Notes: generated by a model from the letters alone, not told the origin. DNA of 61,849 bases from a virus (IMGVR_UViG_3300033141_002871:1-61849); one strand, 5' to 3'. Positions 1-9,957 are shown, numbered from the stretch's first letter. Made by a program: numbers and translations.

Positions 1-1
1 G

Positions 2-2758
2 GTTCTGGCGCAGCTCTGCAACAGGTTCTTGGACGACCGGGCGCTGCATGCGGCACACCTGGTCGACGGGTTCGTACTGAGGTACGCGGCGAAGGACCTG
101 GGGGGCACGGTGAGGTTCCCGACGAACTGGAGGGAGCACAGAGACGGCAAGGCGGGCTTCGAGGGGGCATACGTCATGGCTCCGGTCGTCGGAATGCACG
201 AGCAGGTATGCGACCTCGACTTCTCGTCCCTGTACCCGTCGATAGTGATCTCCCTGAACATCGGCCCGGAGACGAAGCTGGGAAGGGATAGGGAACCCGG
301 AGGCGGGGTCGTGGTCGCCGAGAACGGAGTTGCCTTCCGGGCGGAGCCGGAGGGCGTGTTCTCGGCGGTCTCCAGGAGAGCGTTGAAAGCGCGGGCCGGC
401 TGGAAGAAGAAGGCGCGGGAATTGGAGGCCGAGGGGAAGGACGGGAGCCTGGAGCACCGGATCGCGAAGCAGAGGTCAGACGCCTGGAAGGTCCTGGCGA
501 ACTCCCTCTACGGCGTGGTCTCCTCGCCGTTCTCCCGGTTTGCGGACAAGGAGTGCGGGGAGGCGATCACGCTCACGGCGAAGGCGGTGATCAAGACAGT
601 CATCAAGGAAGCGAAAAAGGACGGCTTTCGAGTTGTATATGGGGATAGCATTACCGAAGACCGTACTGTTGTCTTACAGAAGCCAAACGGAGCGATTCTG
701 ATAGACTCTATCGGCAATGTTTGGAGGAGGTTCGTTAGGGATTGCGCGAGGGGAAGAAAGGAGAGGGGCACACTTCCGGGGTTCAAGGCACTTGCGAGGG
801 ATAAAAATGGCAGGGTCGGGTGGTTTCCAGTTCGTTTGATTATTCGTCATAAAACCAAGAAAGAGGTATGGCTGGTATCGATGAAGCGGGGGCAGACAGA
901 GGTTACAGAGGATCATGGGATTGTCATAGGCAATGATGTCTACAGGCCCTCGGAGGTTATCGAGAAGAATCTGTGGTTTGAGTCGCTACCCGCTTTACCA
1001 CCAAATCACAAGGGTTTCGGAGTTCTCGACTTGTTTCAGTATCTTCAAGATGTGGAGGTAACGTGGGACTATAAAGGGAGACTTGTCGAGAGATATTTCA
1101 ATGTCGATTCTGAGAGCATTGTGCTTACTGGCTGGGGGAAAGACAGGAGGATGCGGAGGTTTTATCGCCGTGGCAGCCCGGAGATGATGTCGCTTCTCAG
1201 ATTGATAGGGGCCTACGTTGCGGAGGGTAGCGTCACAACTCCAGACTCCGGCAATAGATGGTGTCTTTCAATCTCACAAAATGACGTTGATTGGCTGAAT
1301 GGGATTAGGGAGGATTTCGCGACTGTTTTCCCCGGGACTTACATTTCGCGCCCATTTCATACTTGTGGGTCATATGTGTTGCGGGCGGGTTCAATTTTGC
1401 CATCGATTGCGATGATGGGTCTTTGTGGCATGGGCTCCAGAGAAAAGCGACTTCCAGAGTTTGTATTTGAGCTGCAGAAGGCAGAGTTTGCGGTTCTCTT
1501 TGAAAAGTTGCTTGAGGGGGATGGTTCGGTTAAGAGCAACGGTGTGACTTACACGACAATCTCGCAAGTTCTGATTGCACAGTTGTCGTATCTCTTGGCG
1601 CTCCAAGGATTAGACCATGCGATCCATTATCGAGAGTCAAAAGGCTCATGGAATATCAGATTGCGACCTCCGAATAGTGAGAGGGTGCGTGGGAGGATAA
1701 AGCATACCAAGAGGACTTCAAACGGATATGTCTATGACCTAGAGGTGGAAGGGGCTCACACGTTTGTTGATGGCGTCGGCAGAGTATTATTGCACAACAC
1801 TGATTCGGTGTTCATCAAGTCGACGAAGGAGGTGGCCGAGGAGTTCGCGGAGAAGAGGTGCGCCGAGGTAGTCGACGAGTACATGGCGGCGAGGGGTGCG
1901 AAGACGGGGCTAGTTCGGCTCAAGGTCGATGCGATGTTCGACCGGATTTTCTTCTTGGCGAAGAAGCGGTATGCGGGAAGGAAGGATACCGGCAAGTGGG
2001 AGATCCGGGGCCTGGAGCTTATCAGGTCCGACGGTTGCAGGTACGCGCGGGAGATGCAGCGCAGGATCATCACGTTCCTCCTGGAGTCCGGAACGCCGCG
2101 CCCGCAGGTTGCCGCGAACATTGTCAAGAAGTGGGCGGACAAGTTGTTTGCCGGGGAGGTTCCGGTCGACGATCTCATGTTCGCTCAGTCGCTCTCCAGG
2201 AAGCCGGAGGAGTACAAGACGAAGCCGGTGCATGTTCGTATCGCCGAAAAGATGCTTGGCGACGGTAAGGAGGTTTATGTGGGGATGAAGATCCCCTACG
2301 TGTTGACTGGGGCGTCGGGTGGTAGGTTGGAGGCGGTGCACGTTGACGATTTCGACGGCAAGCTGAACGCCGCACTCTACTGGAAGCGGAAGGTCTACCT
2401 GCCTACTCGCCGGATACTCGACGCGGTGTTTCCGGAGCAGAAGGACGTGTGGGCGTCGCTGCTGAACTATGAGCCGGCGCGGCGGCAGCGGGAGATGTTC
2501 GAGCGGCCGGAGGAGAATGTTGCCGACCCAGTGCTGCTGAAGCTGGGAGCGCCGACCACCGGGCAGATGGAGGAGGTGAAGGGGGTTGTTGAAAAATATC
2601 CTGGGAAGCACGAGATGAAGCTGGAGGTGGATACTGGGGACTCGCTGGTGGTTCTGAGTACTGAGACGAGGGTGAGGATCTGCCCCGACCTTGTCAAGGA
2701 CGTGGAGCGGATTGTCGGACGCAGGGTGTACTATGGGCCTGAGAACTGGGATAAGTGA
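2..2758 (+). CDS. polB: Family B DNA polymerase (5'-truncated by the window) with intein and C-terminal extension
   Basis: PolB motifs DFSSLYPSI, KVLANSLYG, YGD/TDS (split by the intein), KKRYAG, IRGLE; frame is open from the window start. Confidence 0.96.
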   Translation, partial: VLAQLCNRFLDDRALHAAHLVDGFVLRYAAKDLGGTVRFPTNWREHRDGKAGFEGAYVMAPVVGMHEQVCDLDFSSLYPSIVISLNIGPETKLGRDREPGGGVVVAENGVAFRAEPEGVFSAVSRRALKARAGWKKKARELEAEGKDGSLEHRIAKQRSDAWKVLANSLYGVVSSPFSRFADKECGEAITLTAKAVIKTVIKEAKKDGFRVVYGDSITEDRTVVLQKPNGAILIDSIGNVWRRFVRDCARGRKERGTLPGFKALARDKNGRVGWFPVRLIIRHKTKKEVWLVSMKRGQTEVTEDHGIVIGNDVYRPSEVIEKNLWFESLPALPPNHKGFGVLDLFQYLQDVEVTWDYKGRLVERYFNVDSESIVLTGWGKDRRMRRFYRRGSPEMMSLLRLIGAYVAEGSVTTPDSGNRWCLSISQNDVDWLNGIREDFATVFPGTYISRPFHTCGSYVLRAGSILPSIAMMGLCGMGSREKRLPEFVFELQKAEFAVLFEKLLEGDGSVKSNGVTYTTISQVLIAQLSYLLALQGLDHAIHYRESKGSWNIRLRPPNSERVRGRIKHTKRTSNGYVYDLEVEGAHTFVDGVGRVLLHNTDSVFIKSTKEVAEEFAEKRCAEVVDEYMAARGAKTGLVRLKVDAMFDRIFFLAKKRYAGRKDTGKWEIRGLELIRSDGCRYAREMQRRIITFLLESGTPRPQVAANIVKKWADKLFAGEVPVDDLMFAQSLSRKPEEYKTKPVHVRIAEKMLGDGKEVYVGMKIPYVLTGASGGRLEAVHVDDFDGKLNAALYWKRKVYLPTRRILDAVFPEQKDVWASLLNYEPARRQREMFERPEENVADPVLLKLGAPTTGQMEEVKGVVEKYPGKHEMKLEVDTGDSLVVLSTETRVRICPDLVKDVERIVGRRVYYGPENWDK
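647..1798 (+). mobile_element. Intein with LAGLIDADG homing endonuclease in PolB motif C (384 aa)
   Basis: Inserted YGD|S...VYDLEVEGAHTF...LLHN|TDS; block B TEDH; LAGLIDADG helices LIGAYVAEGS and FEKLLEGDGS; visibly lower GC than the exteins. Confidence 0.95.
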
Positions 2759-3351
2759 AAGGAGAGGACATGCCGAAGATTCCAAAGTCGAGAAGGAAGG
2801 AGATCGTGGAGGAGGTCAGAGCTTCCAAGCTGGCCGGAGGATTTGACGAGGACACGCTTGCTTACTTCCGGAAGGAACTGGACATCGACATCGTGGAGGA
2901 GTACCGGGAGCTGAAGGGTGTCGCGCGGGTTCCGGCAGACAAACTGATGGACCGGATGGAACTGGCCCGGGCGGTCAACGCTTGCGGGCTCTCCGCGAGG
3001 AGGGCGAACCTGATCTATCTGAAGGCAAGGGCGGAGCGGGAGTTGTTCCGGATCGAGTTCGACCGGAAGATGCGCGAACTTGCCCGCAAGGCGACAGAGA
3101 GGGTCGAGCGGTGGATGGAGGAGAACGAGGTCAAGAAGAAGCAGATCACGAAGGACATGGTACAGCAGGAGATCGCCAGCGACCCGGAGTTGCGGCGGGA
3201 GTACGAGTATCTGGTGAGACGACAGGAGGAGCTAAAGGCGATCCGGGACGACTGCCAGGTGCTCGCGAAGGAGTGGGCGGACCGGAAGTGGACTCTCCGG
3301 GCGCAGGTCCAGCTTGTTGTCTCGGAGCGGGAAGTGAAGATGTCAGACTGA
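2755..3351 (+). CDS. Helical/coiled-coil protein, UvsY-like recombination mediator candidate
   Basis: KQITKDMVQQEIASDPE...KEWADRKWTL resembles the UvsY pattern; lies upstream of SSB/RecA. Confidence 0.5.
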   Translation: MKGEDMPKIPKSRRKEIVEEVRASKLAGGFDEDTLAYFRKELDIDIVEEYRELKGVARVPADKLMDRMELARAVNACGLSARRANLIYLKARAERELFRIEFDRKMRELARKATERVERWMEENEVKKKQITKDMVQQEIASDPELRREYEYLVRRQEELKAIRDDCQVLAKEWADRKWTLRAQVQLVVSEREVKMSD

Positions 3352-3370
3352 CTATTTAGGAGATAAATAA
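3352..3370. promoter_or_regulatory. 19-bp palindromic site, copy 1
   Basis: CTATTTAGGAGATAAATAA, intergenic; matches TTATTTATC-N-GATAAATAA. Confidence 0.75.
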
Positions 3371-3371
3371 A

Positions 3372-3569
3372 GTGGAGGCGACTCCAGAGGACTTTGCTGC
3401 GTGGATACGGGAGTACGGCGACAGGAGGTACAGGGATGGATATCGTGACGCAATACGGGAGCTGTTCAAGGTTCGGGAATGGTTGATGCGGCAACAGGAC
3501 AAGAAGTGGCGACAGGAGGTCCGAGAGTGGGTTGACAATCTCATAGAGGAGATGGGAGCGAGAACATGA
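3372..3569 (+). CDS. Hypothetical protein
   Basis: Fills gap; overlaps the next start. Confidence 0.6.
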   Translation: MEATPEDFAAWIREYGDRRYRDGYRDAIRELFKVREWLMRQQDKKWRQEVREWVDNLIEEMGART

Positions 3570-3793
3570 AGGCGAAGAAGGTCTGGGCGTTAAAGGGGAG
3601 GACATTGCATTTAGGAGACCACAATTTTGCCAAGTTCGAGTATGGCATCGAAGTGGAAGTCGAGGAGGACGAGAAGGCATTGGCGGCTCATAAGTATGCG
3701 AATGAATATGTCGACCGTCTGCTCAATGAGGAGCAATCACGGATTGAAGAGGTATATGGGCCGGTCAAAATCATAAGACGGAGAAGGAGGTGA
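3566..3793 (+). CDS. Hypothetical protein
   Basis: ATGA overlap with upstream gene; upstream RBS-like sequence. Confidence 0.6.
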   Translation: MKAKKVWALKGRTLHLGDHNFAKFEYGIEVEVEEDEKALAAHKYANEYVDRLLNEEQSRIEEVYGPVKIIRRRRR

Positions 3794-3796
3794 CAC

Positions 3797-5062
3797 ATGG
3801 GAAAGGTAGACAGGGACAAGTTCAAGAGCGATTCGGGTTCTCGGTTTCGGCGAGGCGGGAGGTTCTCCTCTTGGAAAAAGGAGGGAGAGACGGTCGGGTT
3901 CATCCACCCGATGTTCGGGCTGTGGGAGCGGTGGACCCACGGTACCTTGCCGTCGTTCGAGGAGCAGGACGACGGGACGTACATGGTGCGCCGCCGTGCT
4001 ATCAACTGCATGGCGACATCGTCGGACAAGGTGCCGAGCAGCGAGTGTCCGACCTGCCTGCTACAGGAGTTCGCGCGGCAGAAGATTGCCGAGGGAGTTG
4101 ACGACGACGAGGCGATCCTGGACGTCGGTAAGGGGAAGGACCGGATCGTCTACACTCTGAAGGATCTGGCCGGCGAGGCCGGTTACTACACGGACCCGAC
4201 CGCGCGGAAGCAGGTGGTGTTTGCTTGGATTCCTCGGGATAAGGAGTACGAGGAGCTACGCGACGCCGTCGAGATCATCACGGGGCCGCAGACCCTTGGG
4301 TCCCGGATCATCGAGGTGATCGAGGACGAGATCAAGGAGCGCGGTGAGGTCCGCGGGGACGTGGAGGTTCCCGCCGGTTTCGAGCTGGGCCTTCGCAAAG
4401 GCTCACTGGTTCTCATCTCAGACGACGAAGAGATCAAGTGGAGCCCGTTCGGCCTCAAGCTGAAGTACCGGAAGAACGAGACCGCGCAGAACAAGTACGG
4501 GGCCTCGAAGATGGACCGGGACCTGTGCGAGGTGACGCCGAAGATCGCTCAGGTCATGGTCGCGGACGAGGAGGAGCTGGGTATCGACTTGGAGAGGATG
4601 TGTGAGCCGACCAGCTACGACCGGCAGATGGAGATCATCGGGTCGTCGTGGTCGAGTCGCGCGGTGCCTTTCGAGGAGTTCGAGGAGTTCGCGAGGCTGA
4701 GGGGGAAGACCGCCGGCTCTTCGAGGGTCAGGAAGCCGAAGACGGCATCGCCCCGCAACAGGGAGAACGCCGGGAGGAGCGCGAAGGACTCCCGCGGGGT
4801 CTTCTGCCCCGAGTGTGGCGAGGAGAACCGAGCAGGCGCGAAGTTCTGCCAGGGCTGCGGGAGCAAGCTGGGAGGTCGGGAGAAGCCTGCCAGGGATTCC
4901 GATGACAAGGTCGACGACGGTGGCCAGAAGAAGACCGGCGGTGAGGTGGGGAAGGTTCGATGCCCTGAGTGTAACGAGATGGTCGAGCCGATGCGGCCGT
5001 CCGGTAGGTGCCCCGAGTGCGGAGTAAAGCTCGGGGGGCTGGACGACGACGTCCCGTTCTAA
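3797..5062 (+). CDS. Putative ssDNA-binding protein with zinc ribbons and SSB-like acidic tail
   Basis: GGAGGTGA RBS; internal C-x13-CPTC; two C-terminal double CxxC ribbons; ends LDDDVPF; immediately upstream of RecA. Confidence 0.65.
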   Translation: MGKVDRDKFKSDSGSRFRRGGRFSSWKKEGETVGFIHPMFGLWERWTHGTLPSFEEQDDGTYMVRRRAINCMATSSDKVPSSECPTCLLQEFARQKIAEGVDDDEAILDVGKGKDRIVYTLKDLAGEAGYYTDPTARKQVVFAWIPRDKEYEELRDAVEIITGPQTLGSRIIEVIEDEIKERGEVRGDVEVPAGFELGLRKGSLVLISDDEEIKWSPFGLKLKYRKNETAQNKYGASKMDRDLCEVTPKIAQVMVADEEELGIDLERMCEPTSYDRQMEIIGSSWSSRAVPFEEFEEFARLRGKTAGSSRVRKPKTASPRNRENAGRSAKDSRGVFCPECGEENRAGAKFCQGCGSKLGGREKPARDSDDKVDDGGQKKTGGEVGKVRCPECNEMVEPMRPSGRCPECGVKLGGLDDDVPF

Positions 5063-5072
5063 GAGGTGAAAG

Positions 5073-6161
5073 GTGAAAAAGAAGAAGGCGGCGAAGAAGA
5101 AAAGGCGGCGAAGCGGAAGCGGCGGCGCGACACTGGACGCTCTGCGCATGGTCTATGAGGGGATACAGGATGTCGTGCCGGTGGCCTCGATGCCGTCCGA
5201 ACAGGTGGTCCCGACTCTTCTGACGTCCTACAACAGGGCGACCGGCGTCGGAGGGCACCCGCTCGGGTGCATCACCCTGATTCACGGCCCGGAGCAGGTC
5301 GGAAAGTCGGTCCTGGCGCTGGCGATTGCAGAGTCGCTGCGCCGGGCCGGCCACCCGGCGATGGTGTTCGACACAGAGTTCGCCGGAGAACGGGAGTGGT
5401 ACAGCGCGATCACTCCGGAGAGCGGGTACAAGAGGGTCGGGGACCTGGACGAGGTCATTGCGAACGTCAACCGGATGATCGACAACCTCGCGAAGGCGAA
5501 GGCCAAGAAGCTCGTTCCGGAGGACGTCGGCTGTGTGTTCGTGGTTGACAGCTTGACGAAGCTGCTTCCGCGCTCGCTCCTGGAGAAGATCGAGAGCGAG
5601 GGAGTGGAGAAGCAGTACCCGCTCCAGGCGCAGTGGGTGTCGCTCTGGTCCAAGGCGCTCGTTCCGCTCCTCTACAGGTCCAACAGCTCGATGATCATCG
5701 TTCTGCAGGAGCGTGCGGCGCTGGACGCCACGAGGCCGGGGCAGAAGCAGTACAAAGTCACGTTGGGCAAGAGCGTTCAGTACGACAACCGGCTGCGGAT
5801 ACGGGTCGAGTACGCGAAGAAGGTGAAGCGGGGGGATCGGGTGGTCGGCATGGAGTGTCACTACCGGATCTGGAACAACAAGCTGACCGGGACCACGTTC
5901 GAGGAGGGCGTCTTCTACACGAGCAACGGCAAGGGGGACGTCCCGAAGGGACTGGACCTTGTCCGGGAGGCGGTCGAGGAGGCCCTGCTTCGGAAGCTGC
6001 TGAGATCGCGGAAGCGGAGGAAGATCGACTACATGATGATCGAGGTCGACGGGGAGACTGCGTTCGAGGTTTGCGGAGGGAAGAGCGACGTTCGGGAGCT
6101 GCTGTCTTCCGACCCGGAGGAGTTCGAGAGGTTCGTCGGCATTCTGAATAGGAGGGAGTGA
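5073..6161 (+). CDS. RecA/UvsX-like recombinase
   Basis: GVGGHPLGCITLIHGPEQVGKS (Walker A), FDTE, FVVDSLT (Walker B), NNK. Confidence 0.9.
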   Translation: MKKKKAAKKKRRRSGSGGATLDALRMVYEGIQDVVPVASMPSEQVVPTLLTSYNRATGVGGHPLGCITLIHGPEQVGKSVLALAIAESLRRAGHPAMVFDTEFAGEREWYSAITPESGYKRVGDLDEVIANVNRMIDNLAKAKAKKLVPEDVGCVFVVDSLTKLLPRSLLEKIESEGVEKQYPLQAQWVSLWSKALVPLLYRSNSSMIIVLQERAALDATRPGQKQYKVTLGKSVQYDNRLRIRVEYAKKVKRGDRVVGMECHYRIWNNKLTGTTFEEGVFYTSNGKGDVPKGLDLVREAVEEALLRKLLRSRKRRKIDYMMIEVDGETAFEVCGGKSDVRELLSSDPEEFERFVGILNRRE

Positions 6162-6162
6162 T

Positions 6163-6885
6163 ATGCGGATTCTATGCACCGGCGACTGGCATCTTGGCCT
6201 AGTTGTCGGGGGATACGACTTCCACGATGACATCGTCGAGATGTGCCAGGCGATAGTCGAGGACGCGGACAAGGCAGATCTGGTGGTTCACCTCGGCGAC
6301 CTGTTTCATTCCCCACGGCCGGACCCGAGGGCTTACGCGGCGGCGATAGAGCTGCTCGGCTCGTTCCATCCGAACGTCATGGTCCTGGCGGGGAATCACG
6401 ACGTGGGCCGGGGAACCGTGGCCGACTACAGGAACGGTGGAAGGGCACCGGCTCCTGACGCCTTCGAGCCGCTCCGGAAGGTACTGAAGAATGTCGCGTT
6501 CATCTCATACCCGACGATCTTCGAGTACGAGGACCTGTCGTTCGGCGTTCTGCCGTACGTGACGGACACGGTGGCGAGACACGTTGAAGGGTCGACGGCG
6601 CAGGAGTGGATCGAAAAGGTCTACAGGGAATCTCTCCGGGCCGGAGTGAAGGCGGTGTTTTCGCATCTGGAAGTCGAAGGGGCGAAGTTGGGAGAGAATA
6701 CGGTGATGCGGGGGACCGGGCTGTCGCTTCCGGAGACCTCGGCTCCGTGCCCGATAGTGAACGGGCACATCCACAGGAACCAGGTTGTCGGCGGCACGAT
6801 CATACCGGGCTCGGTGGTTCCGACCGAGTTCAAGCGGGAGCGCGAAGAGAAGGGCTACGTGGTCATCCGCGTTCTGGAGAACTGA
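6163..6885 (+). CDS. Mre11/SbcD-like metallophosphoesterase (nuclease domain only)
   Basis: GDWHLG, GDLFH, GNHD, SH, GHIH, PGS, KGY motifs. Confidence 0.9.
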   Translation: MRILCTGDWHLGLVVGGYDFHDDIVEMCQAIVEDADKADLVVHLGDLFHSPRPDPRAYAAAIELLGSFHPNVMVLAGNHDVGRGTVADYRNGGRAPAPDAFEPLRKVLKNVAFISYPTIFEYEDLSFGVLPYVTDTVARHVEGSTAQEWIEKVYRESLRAGVKAVFSHLEVEGAKLGENTVMRGTGLSLPETSAPCPIVNGHIHRNQVVGGTIIPGSVVPTEFKREREEKGYVVIRVLEN

Positions 6886-6886
6886 T

Positions 6887-9259
6887 ATGGCGAAGAAGAG
6901 AAGGAAGAGACGACCGACAATCGACAGGCCGTCGTTCGAGTTCAGGAGCTTGCCGGCTCGGCAGGCGATTGTCGTAGACATCGGGGTGGACGACGACGGC
7001 GGGTACAGGGACGAGCCGCGAGCGGACATGATTCCCCGAGGCTGCGTCGTGAAGCCGGTCCTGAGGTACAGGGAGGGGAACGAGGCGGCGGCTTCGGCGG
7101 CTCTGGAGAAGGTCCGTGCGAGACTCCTTGAGACTGCGAGGTACGTGCGCCCGGCGGAGCGGATCGTGGCGAGGGCGCAGGGCGCGGAGGAGAAGGGTGT
7201 TCCGAGTCACCTGCCGCCCGGCACTGCGATCAAGGCGTGGCTTCGGGAACAGTCTTTCGCGGAGAGCGACCGAGAGGCCATCGAGAAGCTGGCTCTGGAG
7301 TATGTCGGGGACCATGAGTTCTCGCCGCCGGTCGTTCAACCATTCACCATCGATTCTGTCTCCGTCAAGAACTTCATGCCGTTCCGGGGAGAGTACACCT
7401 TGGAGGTGCCTGTCGGCTTGATCGGAGTGGTCGGCAGGTACGAGGGGCAGGAGGGCAGGAGCAACCGCGCGGGCAAGAGCGCCTTCCTGGACGCGATCCT
7501 GTACGCTCTTTACGACGAGGCGCGCGGGGCGAAGGTGTTGGATGACGCGGTCCACGCCGGCGAGTCGGAGATGGCGGTCCGCCTGTTGCTCGGCGGGACG
7601 GAGGTACAGCGCGGATACTCAGGTGGCAAGACGAGGATCTACATTGATGGCAACACGGTGAAATCCCGGGAGGCCGCGACGGAGGTATCGGAGAGGATCG
7701 TCGGCATGGGCAAGGCGGACTTCCTCCGGACCTGCTATGTCCGGCAGGGGGACCTGGAGGCGATCCTGAGCCAGACGTCCGGCAGGCTGAAGGAGGACAT
7801 TTTTCGGTGGCGCGGTCTCGACTACTGGCTGGAACTGGAGACCTTGGTCAAGGCAGACCTTTCCGTTGTCGAGCGGGGATACCAGGATCACAGATACGCG
7901 GAAGCCAAGCTTTCCGAAGAGCTAGAGGATCTGTCCGGGGTGACCGAGGCCAAGGTGGAGAAGGCGAAGGCCCGGGTGGAGGAGGCCCGGCGGCACCTTG
8001 CGAAGTTTACCTCTTTGGAGGCGGAGCTGAGGGCTGCACAGGCGGAGCACGACCGCGCGCTGCGCCATGTGCAGTCGAAGAAGAGGGCGAAGCTGTTTGC
8101 ATCGGCGGCGCGGAAGATTGGGAAGCTGAGGGCGAAGCTGGACGAGATGCAGGAGGTGCAGTCCAAGATTCGCTATGAGATGAGGCAGTTGGAGGACCAG
8201 ACCGCAGAAATCTCGAACTTTCTTCGCAAAGGATTTGACGGGGTGTGCCCTATCGACTCGGAACAGTGCCCGAGGTGCGACGAGATAAACAGCCGACAGG
8301 AGGTGTTTCGGAAGAAGAAGAAGGAACTGGAGGAGAAGCGCAAGCCGCTGGTAGCCGACCTTCGGAAGCTGTCCGACGAGATCATGAACGTAGAGGACGA
8401 TCTGCGGGAGGCGGAACGCGAGAAGACCCTGGGCGAGGATGCGAGACGAGAGGTCGACAGGTACGACGGTCCTTCCCTGGAGGAGGCCGAGAAGAGGTTG
8501 GAGGACCTGGAACGTCCGGAGGGTATCAGGGAGGCGAAGCGGAGCGTCGAGGCCGCGGAGCAGGAGTACGACGACATTCGCGCCGCGTTCCGGCGCAGGG
8601 AGTTGTGCGTGGAGAAGATTGCCGAGCACCGGAAGGCGGCGCAGGAGCTTGCCGGGGACCTTCGGGTTCTCCGGGCGGTGCGGCTCATGTTCTCCTCGCG
8701 GGGCATCCCGATGGCGATGGTGCAGGAGTCGCTCCGGCAGATCGAGCGGCAGGTCAACAGCATCCTGGAGAAGCTCGGCACGGACCACAGGTTGAGGTTC
8801 GAGACCGGTCGGGAGTTGAAATCTCTTGCCAAGGTGTGTCGGAAGTGCGGCGCGCCGTTCCCGGACTCTGCCAGGGTGAAGAAGTGCACCGAGTGCGGCG
8901 CGGACAGGCCGAGGGAGAGGAGCGACGAGCTGCGCCCGATGATCACGGAGGGTAGCCGGAAGCAGACCTTCGACCAGGACAGCGGCGCGGGGAGGGCTCT
9001 TATCGCTCTTGCCACCAGGGTGTCCATCGCGCTGTTTCTCGGAGCCAAGGTGCTGTTCCTCGACGAGGTCTGCGGGGCTCTGGACTCCTACCACCTGGAC
9101 CTGATGATTCGGCTGCTGCAGGAGCTTCCGAGGATGGGGTTCCGGCAGGTGTTCGTGATAAGCCACCAACAGGAGGTGGCCGACTCGATTCGGCAGAAGA
9201 TCGTGGCTACCCGGATTCAGGAGGAGAACAGGTCGGAGCTGTCGGTGGAGGCCGGTTGA
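6887..9259 (+). CDS. Rad50/SbcC-like ATPase with ~140-aa N-terminal extension
   Basis: VKNFMPF, SNRAGKS Walker A, YVRQG Q-loop, coiled coils, Cys cluster CPIDSEQCPRC, DSGAG signature, LFLDE, ISH; likely ATG 6887. Confidence 0.9.
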   Translation: MAKKRRKRRPTIDRPSFEFRSLPARQAIVVDIGVDDDGGYRDEPRADMIPRGCVVKPVLRYREGNEAAASAALEKVRARLLETARYVRPAERIVARAQGAEEKGVPSHLPPGTAIKAWLREQSFAESDREAIEKLALEYVGDHEFSPPVVQPFTIDSVSVKNFMPFRGEYTLEVPVGLIGVVGRYEGQEGRSNRAGKSAFLDAILYALYDEARGAKVLDDAVHAGESEMAVRLLLGGTEVQRGYSGGKTRIYIDGNTVKSREAATEVSERIVGMGKADFLRTCYVRQGDLEAILSQTSGRLKEDIFRWRGLDYWLELETLVKADLSVVERGYQDHRYAEAKLSEELEDLSGVTEAKVEKAKARVEEARRHLAKFTSLEAELRAAQAEHDRALRHVQSKKRAKLFASAARKIGKLRAKLDEMQEVQSKIRYEMRQLEDQTAEISNFLRKGFDGVCPIDSEQCPRCDEINSRQEVFRKKKKELEEKRKPLVADLRKLSDEIMNVEDDLREAEREKTLGEDARREVDRYDGPSLEEAEKRLEDLERPEGIREAKRSVEAAEQEYDDIRAAFRRRELCVEKIAEHRKAAQELAGDLRVLRAVRLMFSSRGIPMAMVQESLRQIERQVNSILEKLGTDHRLRFETGRELKSLAKVCRKCGAPFPDSARVKKCTECGADRPRERSDELRPMITEGSRKQTFDQDSGAGRALIALATRVSIALFLGAKVLFLDEVCGALDSYHLDLMIRLLQELPRMGFRQVFVISHQQEVADSIRQKIVATRIQEENRSELSVEAG

Positions 9260-9957
9260 TGAAGAGGCGGAAGAAGAGCGTCGGGCTGTCTAAGGTGGTT
9301 GGGATGGACCTGTCGCTGAACCACGGTGCCATTGTGTGCCTGGACCGCGGAAGACTGTGGCGGGTCTTGTGGGCGACGACGAAGGCCGCGGCCTCGAAGA
9401 GGAAGGACGCCACAAGGATTGACATCCCGAAGAATCTGCAGCGAGAGGAGAAGGAGGTGTGGCGGCTCGACTGGTGGGCGAAGTACCTGCGCGAGGTGCT
9501 CGAATCGCTCTGCCCCGACATCGTTGCGTTCGAAGGCTACGCGATGGGCAAGTCGCAGAGGGCACACCAGATCGGAGAGCTGGGCGGGGTTGCCCGCCTA
9601 ACCTGCTGGCGGCTCGGCGTTCGATTCCGCATCTACGACCCGTCGACCATCAAGATGTTCGCGACCCACAACGGGGGAGCCGACAAGGTCGAGGTTGGCG
9701 ATGCTGTGAAGGAGAGGTGGGGAGTGAACTTCGATTCCCTGGATCCGCCTTCCCGGTCTCGGAAGAAGAGGAAGGAGACGAGCGAGGACTTGTACGACGC
9801 CTACGCCATCGCGCGGCTCGCGTGGACCGAGGTGTGGCTGAGGAGGGGTGTTATTCTTCTCAGCGATCTTCATGAGAAGGAGATACAGGCGTTCAACCGG
9901 GTGACTCGGGCAAATCCTGAGAACCTGTTGTCGAAGGACTGGTTGAGGAGGGGATAA
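9256..9957 (+). CDS. RuvC-like Holliday junction resolvase
   Basis: VGMDLSL, FEGYA, GELGGV, PSTIKMFAT..G.ADK, DAYAIA. Confidence 0.85.
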   Translation: MMKRRKKSVGLSKVVGMDLSLNHGAIVCLDRGRLWRVLWATTKAAASKRKDATRIDIPKNLQREEKEVWRLDWWAKYLREVLESLCPDIVAFEGYAMGKSQRAHQIGELGGVARLTCWRLGVRFRIYDPSTIKMFATHNGGADKVEVGDAVKERWGVNFDSLDPPSRSRKKRKETSEDLYDAYAIARLAWTEVWLRRGVILLSDLHEKEIQAFNRVTRANPENLLSKDWLRRG

